From Thermoanaerobaculia bacterium (GTDB lineage: Bacteria; Acidobacteriota; Thermoanaerobaculia; Multivoradales; Multivoraceae), in assembly GCA_963666565.1 (NCBI GenBank), contig OY762911.1:3968001-4032000 (forward strand): a stretch of DNA of 64,000 bases, read 5' to 3'. Positions 19,755 to 29,735 of this stretch are shown one piece after another (the stretch's first letter is position 1; each line of letters starts with the position of its first letter). The position numbers and the translations under genes are program-made. The notes under the pieces are model-generated. The model worked only from the letters and a program-made list of their open reading frames with translations, was not told the DNA's origin and made no database searches.

Positions 19755-22700
19755 GTGCCACAACGCAAACTGAGTGCCCAGAGGGGAAGGCCGGCGGGTT
19801 CCAAGTCCCGGAAGGCAACGGAGGGCGATGAACCTCCGGGCGCGCTCCTTTCTGGGCTGCTCGCCATCGCCGGTCTGTCCAGCCTTGTCTTCGGCCAACC
19901 TCTCTACGACATCCTGAGACGGTCGCCCGAGTTCTTCGCCATCCGCGACCTGTACATGGGCGACTTGGCCGCTCTAGTGGTTTTGGTAGCCCTCGTCCTG
20001 TGCGCCCCCTCTATCGCCTTGCGCTTCCTCTTTCCCAAGGGAGTGCGCGCGGCGGCAGCCGCCAGCGTCGGTCTGCTGGTCGCGATCGTCGCACTACAGG
20101 CGCTGAAGAGTCTGACGGCACAGGTCGCACTAGCCGCGACCCTTGTCGTCTGGGCCGGCGGAACCGTGGCCTACTTCCGGTTCGCCGCCGTCCGGGGCTT
20201 TGGGAGCCTCCTGTCAGTCGCCGCCATCATCGTGCCAGCGCTTCTCCTGCTCGACGGCGACGTGCGCAGCAGCGCGACCCCTCCGAAAGCAGCGCCCGGG
20301 CTCCTGCCGGACACCGGGGCACGTTCGCCAATCGTCCTGATCATCTTCGACGAGTGGTCCCAGACGTCAATTCTCGATGCCGAGGGGACAGTCGACCGGA
20401 CGCGCTTTCCAAACCTGGCGACTCTCGCCGAACAGGCGACCTGGTACCCAAATGCAACGGCAGCTGCGGACAAGACGGACCTTGCCATCCCGGCCATGTT
20501 GACAGGAGCCAAGCCTGTCTCGGGCCAACTCCCAACCGTGGCCGAGCATCCGGTGAACCTCTTCACTTTGCTCGCGCCCAGCCACGACATCTACGCGGCC
20601 GAGCCCATTACGGGCCTGTGCCCGGCCGACATCAACCTGCTTGGTACAACTCGCCAACCCACACGTGAGCGCCTGAGCCTCCTCTTTTCCGACCTGACAC
20701 TCTTATGGCTCAACGTCACCCTGCCCTCGCCCTGGAGCGACCGGCTACCGGAGATGACCCAGACCTGGAGCGGTTTCGGCCGCGATGGGCCGAGGGGACC
20801 TGTCCCGCCACCGGCGGACCAGCCCTTTCCGCGCGCCCCCTCCATCCCGGCCAGGACTGACCGGGCGGCCGCTTTTCGCCACTTCGTGCAGGCGATCAAG
20901 GCCCCTCACCCTGGTAGCGAGCGTCCGCAGTTTTTCTTCCTCCACTCTCTGCTCCCCCACGCACCTTGGGAGCACCTCCCCTCGGGCAGTCGCTACGCCT
21001 ATTGGAACGACTACTTTGGCCTTGACCGGGACGTCTGGTCGGAAAGTCCATGGCCTGCTCTCCACCACTACAAACGCTACCTGCTGCAGGTCCAGTTCCT
21101 GGACCGACTGATCGGTGAACTCATTGCACGCCTCAAGGCGAGCCACCTCTTTGAACAAAGCGTGGTGGCCATCACCGCGGACCACGGCGTGGCCTTCCGG
21201 CCCGGCCGCACACGCCGGTTCCTCTTGCCTTCCGATCTGGAGGGCGGTCAACCGCTCGATATTGCCCATGTACCGTTGTTGATCAAGGCGCCGTTTCAGC
21301 AGCAACCCGTGATCGACGAAGCGCCGGTCTCACTGGTCGGGCTGGCCCGAAGGCTCCTCGATCTCGCCGGAGCCGACTCTGGAGCGGCGCGGCTTCCGAA
21401 GCGCACAGCGGAACAGCCTACAATGGCCACCAGGTTCGCCGGTGAAGTGGAGATCCCGGCCGAACGCGAGCAATGGCGCCAAGACCGGGTCGCCGAGCAG
21501 GCGAACCTCCTCGGCAAGTCGAACAGTCCGATGGCTATCGGTGCGCAGCCGGAACTCCACGGCCATACAGCCTCGGACTTCCGCATCCAGAACGGCGAGT
21601 CCTCCCTCGAAATCGACAACGCCTGGATCTGGGACCGCGTCGACCTCAACGACAACATCGTACCTGCGCTGCTCGACGGTACTCTGGTCCCCATCTCGCC
21701 CACTCGGGTTCTTCCCTCCGAACTCACCGTCGCCATCGCCTTGAACGGCGTGATCGAAGCCACCGTGCAGGCCCACGCCAGCACCCGAGCGGGAAGCGCC
21801 CGCATTAGAGCGCTACTGCCCGGAGACCGCCTCGTCAACGGTTTCAACCGAGTCGAGGCCTTCCTGGTAGGCGGCACCTCCAACGACATTCGACTGGAGC
21901 GACTCCGCACAGTACGAATAGGCGGCCCCCGACGACAGCCGCCCCCCGGCACCTATGCACTCAGATGGGACCCGAACGGTCGGCCTGACGGGGTCATCTA
22001 CCGGCCTCAGATCGACGTGCCCGAAACCTGGGAGCGAATCGAGATCGCACAGCGAGATACTGATCTGATCGGCTTCCTCGACGGCAAGGCGGTCGGACAG
22101 GGTCTGGAAGTCAACGGCTGGGCAACAGACCTTCGGCACCCCGGCGAGCTAGTGGAACTCGTCGCGTTCCTGGGAGGGCGTCACGTCTGGAGCGGCACAA
22201 CGGGCTTACCGAGACCCGACGTCGCGGAACGCCATGGGACAGGTCACTCGCGCAGCGGTTTCGTCGTGTCCCTCGCACTCCCGCCCGAGTCCGGCCGACG
22301 CGCTCGACGAAGGGTGTCGGCTTTGGTCGAACGGGAGGGGATCGTTGTATACGCGGTCTCTCGCGGCCGTACAGCGACCCGCCTGCGCTTCGCGTATCGT
22401 CCGCTCGTACGTGGGATCTGGGGCCGGGAGGCCATTCCGGTCAGCGATGGACGGGTCCTGCCGATCAAGCCCTTGGGGGAGGGCTTCGCCGGTGCCATCG
22501 ACGTACTGGCCAAGCCGGACCGCCGAACCGTGATTGAAGGCTGGGCCGCCCATCTGGAACGGCGAGAGCCGCCCCGGCAGGTCGTCGTCTACCGCGATGG
22601 CCAGTTCCTGACCTCGCTCGGAGCAGGAAGAGCCCGCACGGACGTAGCCGAACACTACGAAGATGAACGCCTGAAGAGCGTCGGCTTTCGCGGCCCGGTG

Positions 22701-22814
22701 CCTGGCGCTCCTGATCCTGAACGCTTCGCCGAGCGTCACCGCATCTTCGCCATCATCCTCCAGGGCGTCGCGGTCGAAGTGCCAGTCGCAGCTAGCGAGG
22801 GCGCGACTCGTTAG
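19755..22814 (+). CDS. Paralogue of the preceding sulfatase-like membrane protein
   Basis: Collinear with 16699-19686: IIFDEWS, AAADKT...PAMLTG, HSLLPHAPW, TADHG and the same C-terminal module. Confidence 0.82.
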   Translation: MPQRKLSAQRGRPAGSKSRKATEGDEPPGALLSGLLAIAGLSSLVFGQPLYDILRRSPEFFAIRDLYMGDLAALVVLVALVLCAPSIALRFLFPKGVRAAAAASVGLLVAIVALQALKSLTAQVALAATLVVWAGGTVAYFRFAAVRGFGSLLSVAAIIVPALLLLDGDVRSSATPPKAAPGLLPDTGARSPIVLIIFDEWSQTSILDAEGTVDRTRFPNLATLAEQATWYPNATAAADKTDLAIPAMLTGAKPVSGQLPTVAEHPVNLFTLLAPSHDIYAAEPITGLCPADINLLGTTRQPTRERLSLLFSDLTLLWLNVTLPSPWSDRLPEMTQTWSGFGRDGPRGPVPPPADQPFPRAPSIPARTDRAAAFRHFVQAIKAPHPGSERPQFFFLHSLLPHAPWEHLPSGSRYAYWNDYFGLDRDVWSESPWPALHHYKRYLLQVQFLDRLIGELIARLKASHLFEQSVVAITADHGVAFRPGRTRRFLLPSDLEGGQPLDIAHVPLLIKAPFQQQPVIDEAPVSLVGLARRLLDLAGADSGAARLPKRTAEQPTMATRFAGEVEIPAEREQWRQDRVAEQANLLGKSNSPMAIGAQPELHGHTASDFRIQNGESSLEIDNAWIWDRVDLNDNIVPALLDGTLVPISPTRVLPSELTVAIALNGVIEATVQAHASTRAGSARIRALLPGDRLVNGFNRVEAFLVGGTSNDIRLERLRTVRIGGPRRQPPPGTYALRWDPNGRPDGVIYRPQIDVPETWERIEIAQRDTDLIGFLDGKAVGQGLEVNGWATDLRHPGELVELVAFLGGRHVWSGTTGLPRPDVAERHGTGHSRSGFVVSLALPPESGRRARRRVSALVEREGIVVYAVSRGRTATRLRFAYRPLVRGIWGREAIPVSDGRVLPIKPLGEGFAGAIDVLAKPDRRTVIEGWAAHLERREPPRQVVVYRDGQFLTSLGAGRARTDVAEHYEDERLKSVGFRGPVPGAPDPERFAERHRIFAIILQGVAVEVPVAASEGATR

Positions 22815-22828
22815 CCTGAGCCAGGCCT

Positions 22829-25270
22829 ATGTCGAGTTCAAACGACAGCGTGGACGGTTCTCGGCCGGCTCGGCGCAACAGACGACGACTGGCCAGAGTT
22901 TTATCCTGGGCGGCGTTCGGTGCCTATTCCGCTTGGTTCGCCGCCAACCTGATTCCGAACCTAGCACTGCGGCTCCAGTTCGAGGATCAGTTGATCGTCC
23001 TTCGCTACGCCCGCAACTTGGCCGAAGGCAACGGCCTTGTCTACAACGCCGGCGAACGTGTGATGGGCTTCACGACGCCGCTCTTCACCTTGCTCAGTGG
23101 CCTGTTCGTCGCTCTGGGCGGCGATCACGCGCCGGCCTGGCAGAACGCCTTCGGCCTGTTCTGCATGCTCGGGACGTCCGCAGTCGCCGCCCGGCTGCTG
23201 GTTCGAGTCGGCGCCGGTCCCGCCGCCCCGCTAGCGGTCGCCTTGATCACTTTCAATCCCGCGGCCGCGTACAACTACCTCCACGTAGGCATGGAGGTTC
23301 ATCTCTTCGCCCTGCTTTTTCTGCTGGCGCTCGACCTCGACCTGAGCCGTCGGACCGTGGCGTCGAGCGTCGTCGCGGCACTCCTGTTCCTCACGAGGCC
23401 GGAAGGAGCATTGCTCATCGTCATGCTGCTCGCCGCGAACTGGCGACGAGAACGGCGGCTTCCCGTCCGCGAAACCGGCGCGTGGCTCGCCACGTCTGCG
23501 CCCTGGCTCGTCTTCGCGACGATCTACTACGGCAGCCCGGTACCAGCCACGCTACCCGCTAAGGCCGGTTCCTTCCTGATCCACACACCTCAGTACCTCC
23601 GCAGGGTCGGAGAGATCTACGCCGACGCTGCGGGCAGCGTCGTCGCCACGTACAGCCCTGCACTGACCGGCAGGCCCTGGGCGTGGCTTCCGCTGGCAGC
23701 GCTCGCGGCAGCAGGCATCGTCGAACTGCTGCGCCGCGGTCCATCTCTCTGGCCGCTTGTCGCCTTCCCGCTCGTCTCGGTCGCAGGATATGGCGTCCTC
23801 GGGGCGTGGGCCGAGTTCACCTGGCACTACTATCCCCTCAGCGTTCTGGGCGCGTTCGTTATCGCGTTGGGCGCGCATGCGACGATCTCGTACCTGCTAA
23901 GCGCCGCGCTGGCCGCCGCGCGCAGGCTACGGCCAACATCGCAGAGGACCGCGCGCCTCACCATGCAAGCTGCCGCTCTCACGTTGCTGGCCGTCGGCTT
24001 CCCGGTCCTCAGATCGACCTACGCTCAAGCGCACTACCGGGTCGAGCCCAATCCGCGAAGCGAGGGGCTGGCCGGCATGGGACGGGCACTCGGCGAACGC
24101 TTCGACGGCGGAACTTCTGTTCTGCTGGACGAAATCGGACACATCGGCTGGAGAGCCGAGATGAGGATCATCGACCAGGCAGGACTGGTAACTCCCGGCC
24201 TGCGGTACGACGTGCCACGCCACCTGGTCGTGGAGCGTCACAGGCCGGATCTCCTCCTTCTGCACAACGACGCTCCGGCTCGCCACGGTGTCAGGCAGAC
24301 CGCAGCGTTCCCTCGGAATCTCGGCTACCGGCGAGTGCCGAACTTCCCCGCGGCACCCGGATACCGCCTCTGGGAGTTCAGCGGAGTCGAGGTCTCCGAA
24401 AGCTCGCAGGCCAGTTCACTCTACGAACTGCAACGCAACGAAAACGGCCATATCGAGGCTCTGATCGAGTCCGGGCCCGATTCTGCGGAACCCCCCAGGC
24501 GTTTCCCGATCACCGCGGGCACCGACGGAACGATCGGCTATCTCGACTCAGCCGACCTCGAATCGACCCCGTTCCCGGACTCCAACGCCGCGCCGGTGAC
24601 GCTCACCGGTTGGGCCGTTGACCGTACGAACCCCACCGCCGTCGTGGAGGTGGTCATCATCCTCGGCGGCAGCGTAGTCGCCTCGACCAGCGCCGATCTG
24701 TCGCGCCCCGACGTCGCGGCCCAGCACGGCCGCTCGTTCGAGTACACGGGATTCTCACTCAGCCTTCCGACAGACCCGGAACGGGTCCGCCGAGAGGGAC
24801 TCGTTGCCTACGCCCTCTCCAGCCGCGAATCCGCAGCCAGGCTTCAGTTTCTCTACCAGCCCTTGACGACGGGCTCGGGCCCGGAGACGCTTCCGATCAG
24901 CGACGGCCGGAGGTTGACGGTACGAGATCCCGACGGTGGCTTCGACGGTTCGGTCGAAGTCGTCAGGAAGGCAAACGGCCGAACCGAGATCTCGGGTTGG
25001 GCCGCGGATCTCGAAGAGGGCCAGAGACCACGACAGATCGTCGTCTACCGGGCCGACGAGTTCCTAACGCACATGGGCGTGAATCGCGAGCGGCCCGACG
25101 TCGTCGAGCGTCACGGGGACCCCCGACTGCTCCGCACCGGTTTCCGCGGGGCAGTGCCGGGAGCGCCTGATCCCGAGACGTTCGCCGCCCGGCACCGAGT
25201 GTTCGCGATCATGCTTCGCGGTGCCGCCGTCGAGTTACCCTACCTTCCGCAGCCGGTTTCAGCCCCATGA
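22829..25270 (+). CDS. GT-C-fold integral membrane glycosyltransferase-like protein with shared C-terminal module
   Basis: FEDQLIVLRYARNLAEGNGLVYNAGERVMGFTTPLF, GMEVHL, LTRPEG, many TM segments, IIDQAGLV. Confidence 0.78.
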   Translation: MSSSNDSVDGSRPARRNRRRLARVLSWAAFGAYSAWFAANLIPNLALRLQFEDQLIVLRYARNLAEGNGLVYNAGERVMGFTTPLFTLLSGLFVALGGDHAPAWQNAFGLFCMLGTSAVAARLLVRVGAGPAAPLAVALITFNPAAAYNYLHVGMEVHLFALLFLLALDLDLSRRTVASSVVAALLFLTRPEGALLIVMLLAANWRRERRLPVRETGAWLATSAPWLVFATIYYGSPVPATLPAKAGSFLIHTPQYLRRVGEIYADAAGSVVATYSPALTGRPWAWLPLAALAAAGIVELLRRGPSLWPLVAFPLVSVAGYGVLGAWAEFTWHYYPLSVLGAFVIALGAHATISYLLSAALAAARRLRPTSQRTARLTMQAAALTLLAVGFPVLRSTYAQAHYRVEPNPRSEGLAGMGRALGERFDGGTSVLLDEIGHIGWRAEMRIIDQAGLVTPGLRYDVPRHLVVERHRPDLLLLHNDAPARHGVRQTAAFPRNLGYRRVPNFPAAPGYRLWEFSGVEVSESSQASSLYELQRNENGHIEALIESGPDSAEPPRRFPITAGTDGTIGYLDSADLESTPFPDSNAAPVTLTGWAVDRTNPTAVVEVVIILGGSVVASTSADLSRPDVAAQHGRSFEYTGFSLSLPTDPERVRREGLVAYALSSRESAARLQFLYQPLTTGSGPETLPISDGRRLTVRDPDGGFDGSVEVVRKANGRTEISGWAADLEEGQRPRQIVVYRADEFLTHMGVNRERPDVVERHGDPRLLRTGFRGAVPGAPDPETFAARHRVFAIMLRGAAVELPYLPQPVSAP

Positions 25271-27738
25271 CCGCGGTCGCGCCCGGACCCGACGCCGACT
25301 CCGCGGCCCCGGAACTCCGAGAGCACCACGGCCGCCTGCCGGCGGCGAGCGCCTGGGCCCTCTTCGGGGTCTTCGCCGTCTGGTTCGCGGCCCGCCTGAT
25401 CCCCAACCTCGGCCTGCGGCTGCGGTTCGAGGACCAGTTGATCGTGCTGCGTTACGCCCGCAACCTGGCGGAGGGCGACGGCCTGGTCTACAACGTCGGC
25501 GAGCGGGTCATGGGGTTCACGACCCCGCTGTTCACGGTGCTGAGCAGCGCGTTCGTCGTTCTCGGCGGAGACCGGGCGGCAGCATGGCAGAACGGCTTCG
25601 GCGTGCTCTGCATGCTGGGCACCGCCGCGCTCGCGGCCAGACTGCTGGTTCGCGTCGGGGCCGGCACCGCGGCACCCCTGGCGGTGGCGCTGGTCACCTT
25701 CAATCCGGCCGTCGCCTACAACTACCTCTACGTGGGGATGGAGATCCACCTCTTCGCCCTGCTCTTCCTGCTGGCCCTCGACCTGCATCTGAGCGAACGC
25801 GCCACCGCCGCCGCGGTCACGTCGGCGCTCTTGTTTCTGACCCGGCCGGAGGGCGCCCTGCTCGCCGGCATGATGATCGCTCACCGCTGGCTTCGCCGGC
25901 GCCAGACGCCGGTGGCGCCGGCACTGGCAGCGCTGGCCACGGCGCTGCCGTGGCTCCTCTTCGCCGCCCTGTACTACGGCGACGTCCTGCCGAAGACGCT
26001 GGGAGCGAAGGAGGGCGAGAGCATCGTCTCGCCCTGGCGTTACCTGGACCTGGTGCGGGAGGTGTACGCCGGCGCGGGCGGCAGTCTGCTGGCGGCCTGG
26101 AGTCCTTCGCTGGCGCGGACGATCGCCGGGCCGCTGCTTCTGGTCGCCCTTCTCGTCGCCGGCGCCGCCGCGCTCCTGCGCCGCCGGTCCGGACTGTGGC
26201 CGCTGATCGCGTTCCCGCTCTGTTCCCTCCTCGGCTACGCCGCGATCGGTTCCCTGCCCGGCTACACGTGGCACTACTACACGCTGAACGTGCTCGGCGC
26301 GATCCTCCTCGCCCTCGGCGTCCACGTCGCCCTGGCCGGAACGGGCCGGCTCTGCCGACGGGCCGCGGAGCGCCTGCCGGCGACCGTCCGCATCGCGCCC
26401 CGGCACCGCCGGCTGGTGGCGGTCCTGCTGACGGCAACCCCGATCCTTGCCCTGACGCTGCCGGTGCTGCGGGACACCTCCCGGCAGATCGGACATCGAG
26501 CCGAACCGAACGCCCGGGAGCAGCGGCTGGAAGACATCGGCCGATGGCTCGCCGAGCGCTACGAGCCGAGCACCTCCGTTCTCGTTCGCGAGATCGGCCA
26601 TGTCGGCTGGGTCAGCGGACTGCGAATAGTCGACCGGGGCGGTCTGGTCACGCCCGGCCTCCGCTACGACGTGCCGCGCCGCGTCGCCACCGAGAAGTTC
26701 CTGCCGGATCTGCTGCTCCTGCGGGCCGACAACTACGGCGTCCAGGATCCGCGTGAAGACGCCGGCTTCCCCGCGAACCTCGGATACCAACGGCTCGAGG
26801 ACTTCGACCACGGGGAGGAGTGGAGCCTTCACTCGCTGGTCGAACCCGATTCCTCCTCGCGGCGCGAAGGCGACGAGTACCGCTACGAGGTCGCGCGGAG
26901 CGCCGCCGGCCACATCGAGGCCGTGCTCCGCTACCGCCTCGTCGACGGCGACGCCGAACCGCCGAGCCGCATCCCCATCGTCCCTCCCCCCGCCGGCGTC
27001 GACGGCGCGCTCGACGCCCTGCTGCCGCGACCCGGTCCCGGACCGGTCGAGGGCGCGGCCGAGTTCGTGGTCAGCGGTTTCATCCGCGACGAACCGCCGG
27101 ATCCCCGCGGCGTCGAAGCGGTTCTCCTGTTCATCGGCGGCGAGTTGACGGTCCACCGGCCCGGCGTTCACCGGCGACCCGATCTCGCCGCCCTCCACGG
27201 ACCGCTCTCCGAGAACGGCGGCTTCGCGTTCCGGACCCCGGCCGACCGGCAACTCGTCGAGCGCGAAGGTGTCCTCGCCTACGCCGTGTCGCGACGCGGC
27301 GTCGCAGATCGCTTGCGCTTTTCCTACCTGCCCCTGGAGATGGAACCCGGGAATCTCGAGATCCTGCCGACCACCGACGGCCGCCGCCTGACCCTGCGGC
27401 CTCCGAGCGACGGCTATCACGGGGAGGCGGACCTTCTCGTGTCGGAGGATCGAGTCGAGATCGAGGGATGGGCGGCGGACGCGACGCGAGGCGAGCGGCC
27501 GCGCCAGATCGTCGTCTATCGGGACGGCCACTTCCTCACCAACCTCGGCCTGAACCAGGAACGACCCGACATCGCCGAGCGCTTCGGAAACTCGGGTCTC
27601 CTGCGCACCGGCTTCCGGGGCACGGTTCCCGGCGAGGTCGCCGCCGCTTCGCTCGGCGAGCGCTACCGCGTGTTCGCGGTCATGCTGCGCGGCGCCGCCG
27701 TCGAACTGCCGTTTGCTACAGCGCACGCCGAACCGTGA
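25267..27738 (+). CDS. Paralogue of the preceding GT-C-like protein
   Basis: ATGA overlap with the previous gene. Same EDQLIVLRYARNL, GMEIHL and LTRPEG motifs and the same C-terminal module. Confidence 0.78.
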   Translation: MTAVAPGPDADSAAPELREHHGRLPAASAWALFGVFAVWFAARLIPNLGLRLRFEDQLIVLRYARNLAEGDGLVYNVGERVMGFTTPLFTVLSSAFVVLGGDRAAAWQNGFGVLCMLGTAALAARLLVRVGAGTAAPLAVALVTFNPAVAYNYLYVGMEIHLFALLFLLALDLHLSERATAAAVTSALLFLTRPEGALLAGMMIAHRWLRRRQTPVAPALAALATALPWLLFAALYYGDVLPKTLGAKEGESIVSPWRYLDLVREVYAGAGGSLLAAWSPSLARTIAGPLLLVALLVAGAAALLRRRSGLWPLIAFPLCSLLGYAAIGSLPGYTWHYYTLNVLGAILLALGVHVALAGTGRLCRRAAERLPATVRIAPRHRRLVAVLLTATPILALTLPVLRDTSRQIGHRAEPNAREQRLEDIGRWLAERYEPSTSVLVREIGHVGWVSGLRIVDRGGLVTPGLRYDVPRRVATEKFLPDLLLLRADNYGVQDPREDAGFPANLGYQRLEDFDHGEEWSLHSLVEPDSSSRREGDEYRYEVARSAAGHIEAVLRYRLVDGDAEPPSRIPIVPPPAGVDGALDALLPRPGPGPVEGAAEFVVSGFIRDEPPDPRGVEAVLLFIGGELTVHRPGVHRRPDLAALHGPLSENGGFAFRTPADRQLVEREGVLAYAVSRRGVADRLRFSYLPLEMEPGNLEILPTTDGRRLTLRPPSDGYHGEADLLVSEDRVEIEGWAADATRGERPRQIVVYRDGHFLTNLGLNQERPDIAERFGNSGLLRTGFRGTVPGEVAAASLGERYRVFAVMLRGAAVELPFATAHAEP

Positions 27739-27800
27739 CTGTTTCGGATCCGGCGGCCGTTCCGAAGCCACTCTACCGGAAGCAGCACACGGACGTGTCC

Positions 27801-27824
27801 GGGCACGGGCACGGGCACGGGCAC
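27801..27824 (+). repeat. (GGGCAC)x4 tandem hexamer
   Basis: Four perfect units, immediately followed by GC-TAATCT. Confidence 0.85.
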
Positions 27825-27860
27825 GCTAATCTAGACGCAGTCCCTCAACAGGAGATCGCC

Positions 27861-29732
27861 ATGCGCCAGATTCGCCCGATCCTCGCGGTCATCGCCGTCC
27901 TCTCGTTCGCCCTGCTTGGCTGCTCCGCCGGAGGCGACGAAACCGGTGGCGGGGAGTCGGCGACGGGCGGCGCCGACGCGCCGAACCCGCTCCGGGACGC
28001 CTACTTCGGCGACCTGCACGTCCACACCCGGTTCTCCTTCGACGCCTACCTGTTCGGCACCCGGACGAACCCCGACGACGCGTACCGCTTCGCCAAGGGC
28101 GAGGCGATCGAGCATGCGAGCGGACACCTCATCCAGCTTCAGAGCGGAGCGCTCGACTTCCAGGCCGTGACCGACCATGGCTTCTACCTCGGCTTCCTGC
28201 CGGCGATGGACACGCCGGGACATCCGCTCTACGAGTCCGACCTAGCCGCCGACCTGCGCGAGCTCGGCTCGAACGGCGGCTTCCAGCGGGCCATCCAGGC
28301 GATGGGTACCGGCGAGTTCGCCGAGCTGCCGGAGGACGGCCAGAACGACGCCATCCAGACCGCCTGGCAGGCGATCGTCGAGGCGGCCGAGGCGCACAAC
28401 GACCCCGGCAACTTCACGACCTTCATCGGCTACGAGTACACCTCCTCCTCGGACGACCGCGGGAACCTGCACCGCAACGTGATCTTCAGGGGAAGCGAAG
28501 CGCCCGTGAGGCCCTTCGCCCGCACCGACTCGCGCGACCCGGAGGACCTCTGGCGCTGGCTCGACGACCTGCGCGCCCAGGGCATCGAAGGCCTCGCCAT
28601 CCCCCACAACTCGAACGGCAGCAACGGCCAGATGTTCCGGCTCGAGACCTTCACCGGCGAACCGCTCACCGCCGAGTACGCCGACCTCAGAATGCGCAAC
28701 GAGCCGCTGGTCGAGATGACCCAGGTCAAGGGCACGTCGGAGACGCATCCCCTGCTGTCGCCGAACGACGAGTGGTCCGACTTCGAGATCTTCCCGTACC
28801 GGATCGCCACGAACCTCTACAGCGAACCGAAGGGCAGCTACGTCCGCGAGGCCTACGTGAACGGCCTGATGCTCCAGGAGACCCAGGGCTTCAACCCGTT
28901 CCGCTTCGGCATGGTGGGCGCCACCGACACCCACAACTCGGGCGGCACCCCGGAGGAGCACAACTTCCACGGCAAGGTCGGCCGCGGCGACGGCACCGGT
29001 CAGGGCCGCGGCTCGGTGCCGCTCGACGAGCCGACCGAGGACGGCGAACGGTACGCGCAGAACGCATTCGAGTACTGGGGCGGCTCGGGCCTGGCCGGAG
29101 TCTGGGCCGAGGAGAACACCCGCGATTCGATCTACGACGCCTTCCGCCGCAAGGAGACCTTCGCCACCAGCGGCCCGCGGATGCGGATCCGGTTCTTCGC
29201 CGGCTACCACTACACCGACGACCTGACCTCCGACCCGGAGATGATCGCCGCCGCATACGACGGGGGCGTGCCGATGGGCGGCGACCTGGTGGCCGACGAG
29301 GGCCGGAACCCCCGCTTCCTGGTCTGGGCGGCGCGGGACGCGGACAGCGCCCCGCTCCAGCGCCTGCAGATGGTCAAGGGCTGGGTCGAGGACGGCGAAC
29401 CGCGCGAGCAGGTCGTCGACGTGGCCTGCGCCGACGGTGGAATCCCGTCCGGCGACCCGCTCCGCTGTCCCGACAACGGCGCCAGCGTCGATCTCTCCGA
29501 CTGCAGCTACTCCCGGGACCTGGGCTCGGCCGAACTCTCGGCGCTGTGGACCGACCCGGACTTCGACGCCGCGATGCACGCGGTGTACTACGTCCGCGTG
29601 CTGGAGAACCCGACCTGCCGCTGGTCGACCTGGGACGCCATCCGCGCCGGCGTCGAGCCGAATCCCGACATGCCGTCGACCATCCAGGAACGCGCCTGGT
29701 CGTCGCCCATCTGGTACGTCCCTGGCGGGTAG
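27861..29732 (+). CDS. DUF3604-family (PHP-like metal-dependent hydrolase fold) lipoprotein
   Basis: AGGAG RBS, lipobox LLGC, YFGDLHVHT, VTDH, IPHNSN, TDTHN, QERAWSSPIWY. Confidence 0.88.
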   Translation: MRQIRPILAVIAVLSFALLGCSAGGDETGGGESATGGADAPNPLRDAYFGDLHVHTRFSFDAYLFGTRTNPDDAYRFAKGEAIEHASGHLIQLQSGALDFQAVTDHGFYLGFLPAMDTPGHPLYESDLAADLRELGSNGGFQRAIQAMGTGEFAELPEDGQNDAIQTAWQAIVEAAEAHNDPGNFTTFIGYEYTSSSDDRGNLHRNVIFRGSEAPVRPFARTDSRDPEDLWRWLDDLRAQGIEGLAIPHNSNGSNGQMFRLETFTGEPLTAEYADLRMRNEPLVEMTQVKGTSETHPLLSPNDEWSDFEIFPYRIATNLYSEPKGSYVREAYVNGLMLQETQGFNPFRFGMVGATDTHNSGGTPEEHNFHGKVGRGDGTGQGRGSVPLDEPTEDGERYAQNAFEYWGGSGLAGVWAEENTRDSIYDAFRRKETFATSGPRMRIRFFAGYHYTDDLTSDPEMIAAAYDGGVPMGGDLVADEGRNPRFLVWAARDADSAPLQRLQMVKGWVEDGEPREQVVDVACADGGIPSGDPLRCPDNGASVDLSDCSYSRDLGSAELSALWTDPDFDAAMHAVYYVRVLENPTCRWSTWDAIRAGVEPNPDMPSTIQERAWSSPIWYVPGG

Positions 29733-29735
29733 GGC

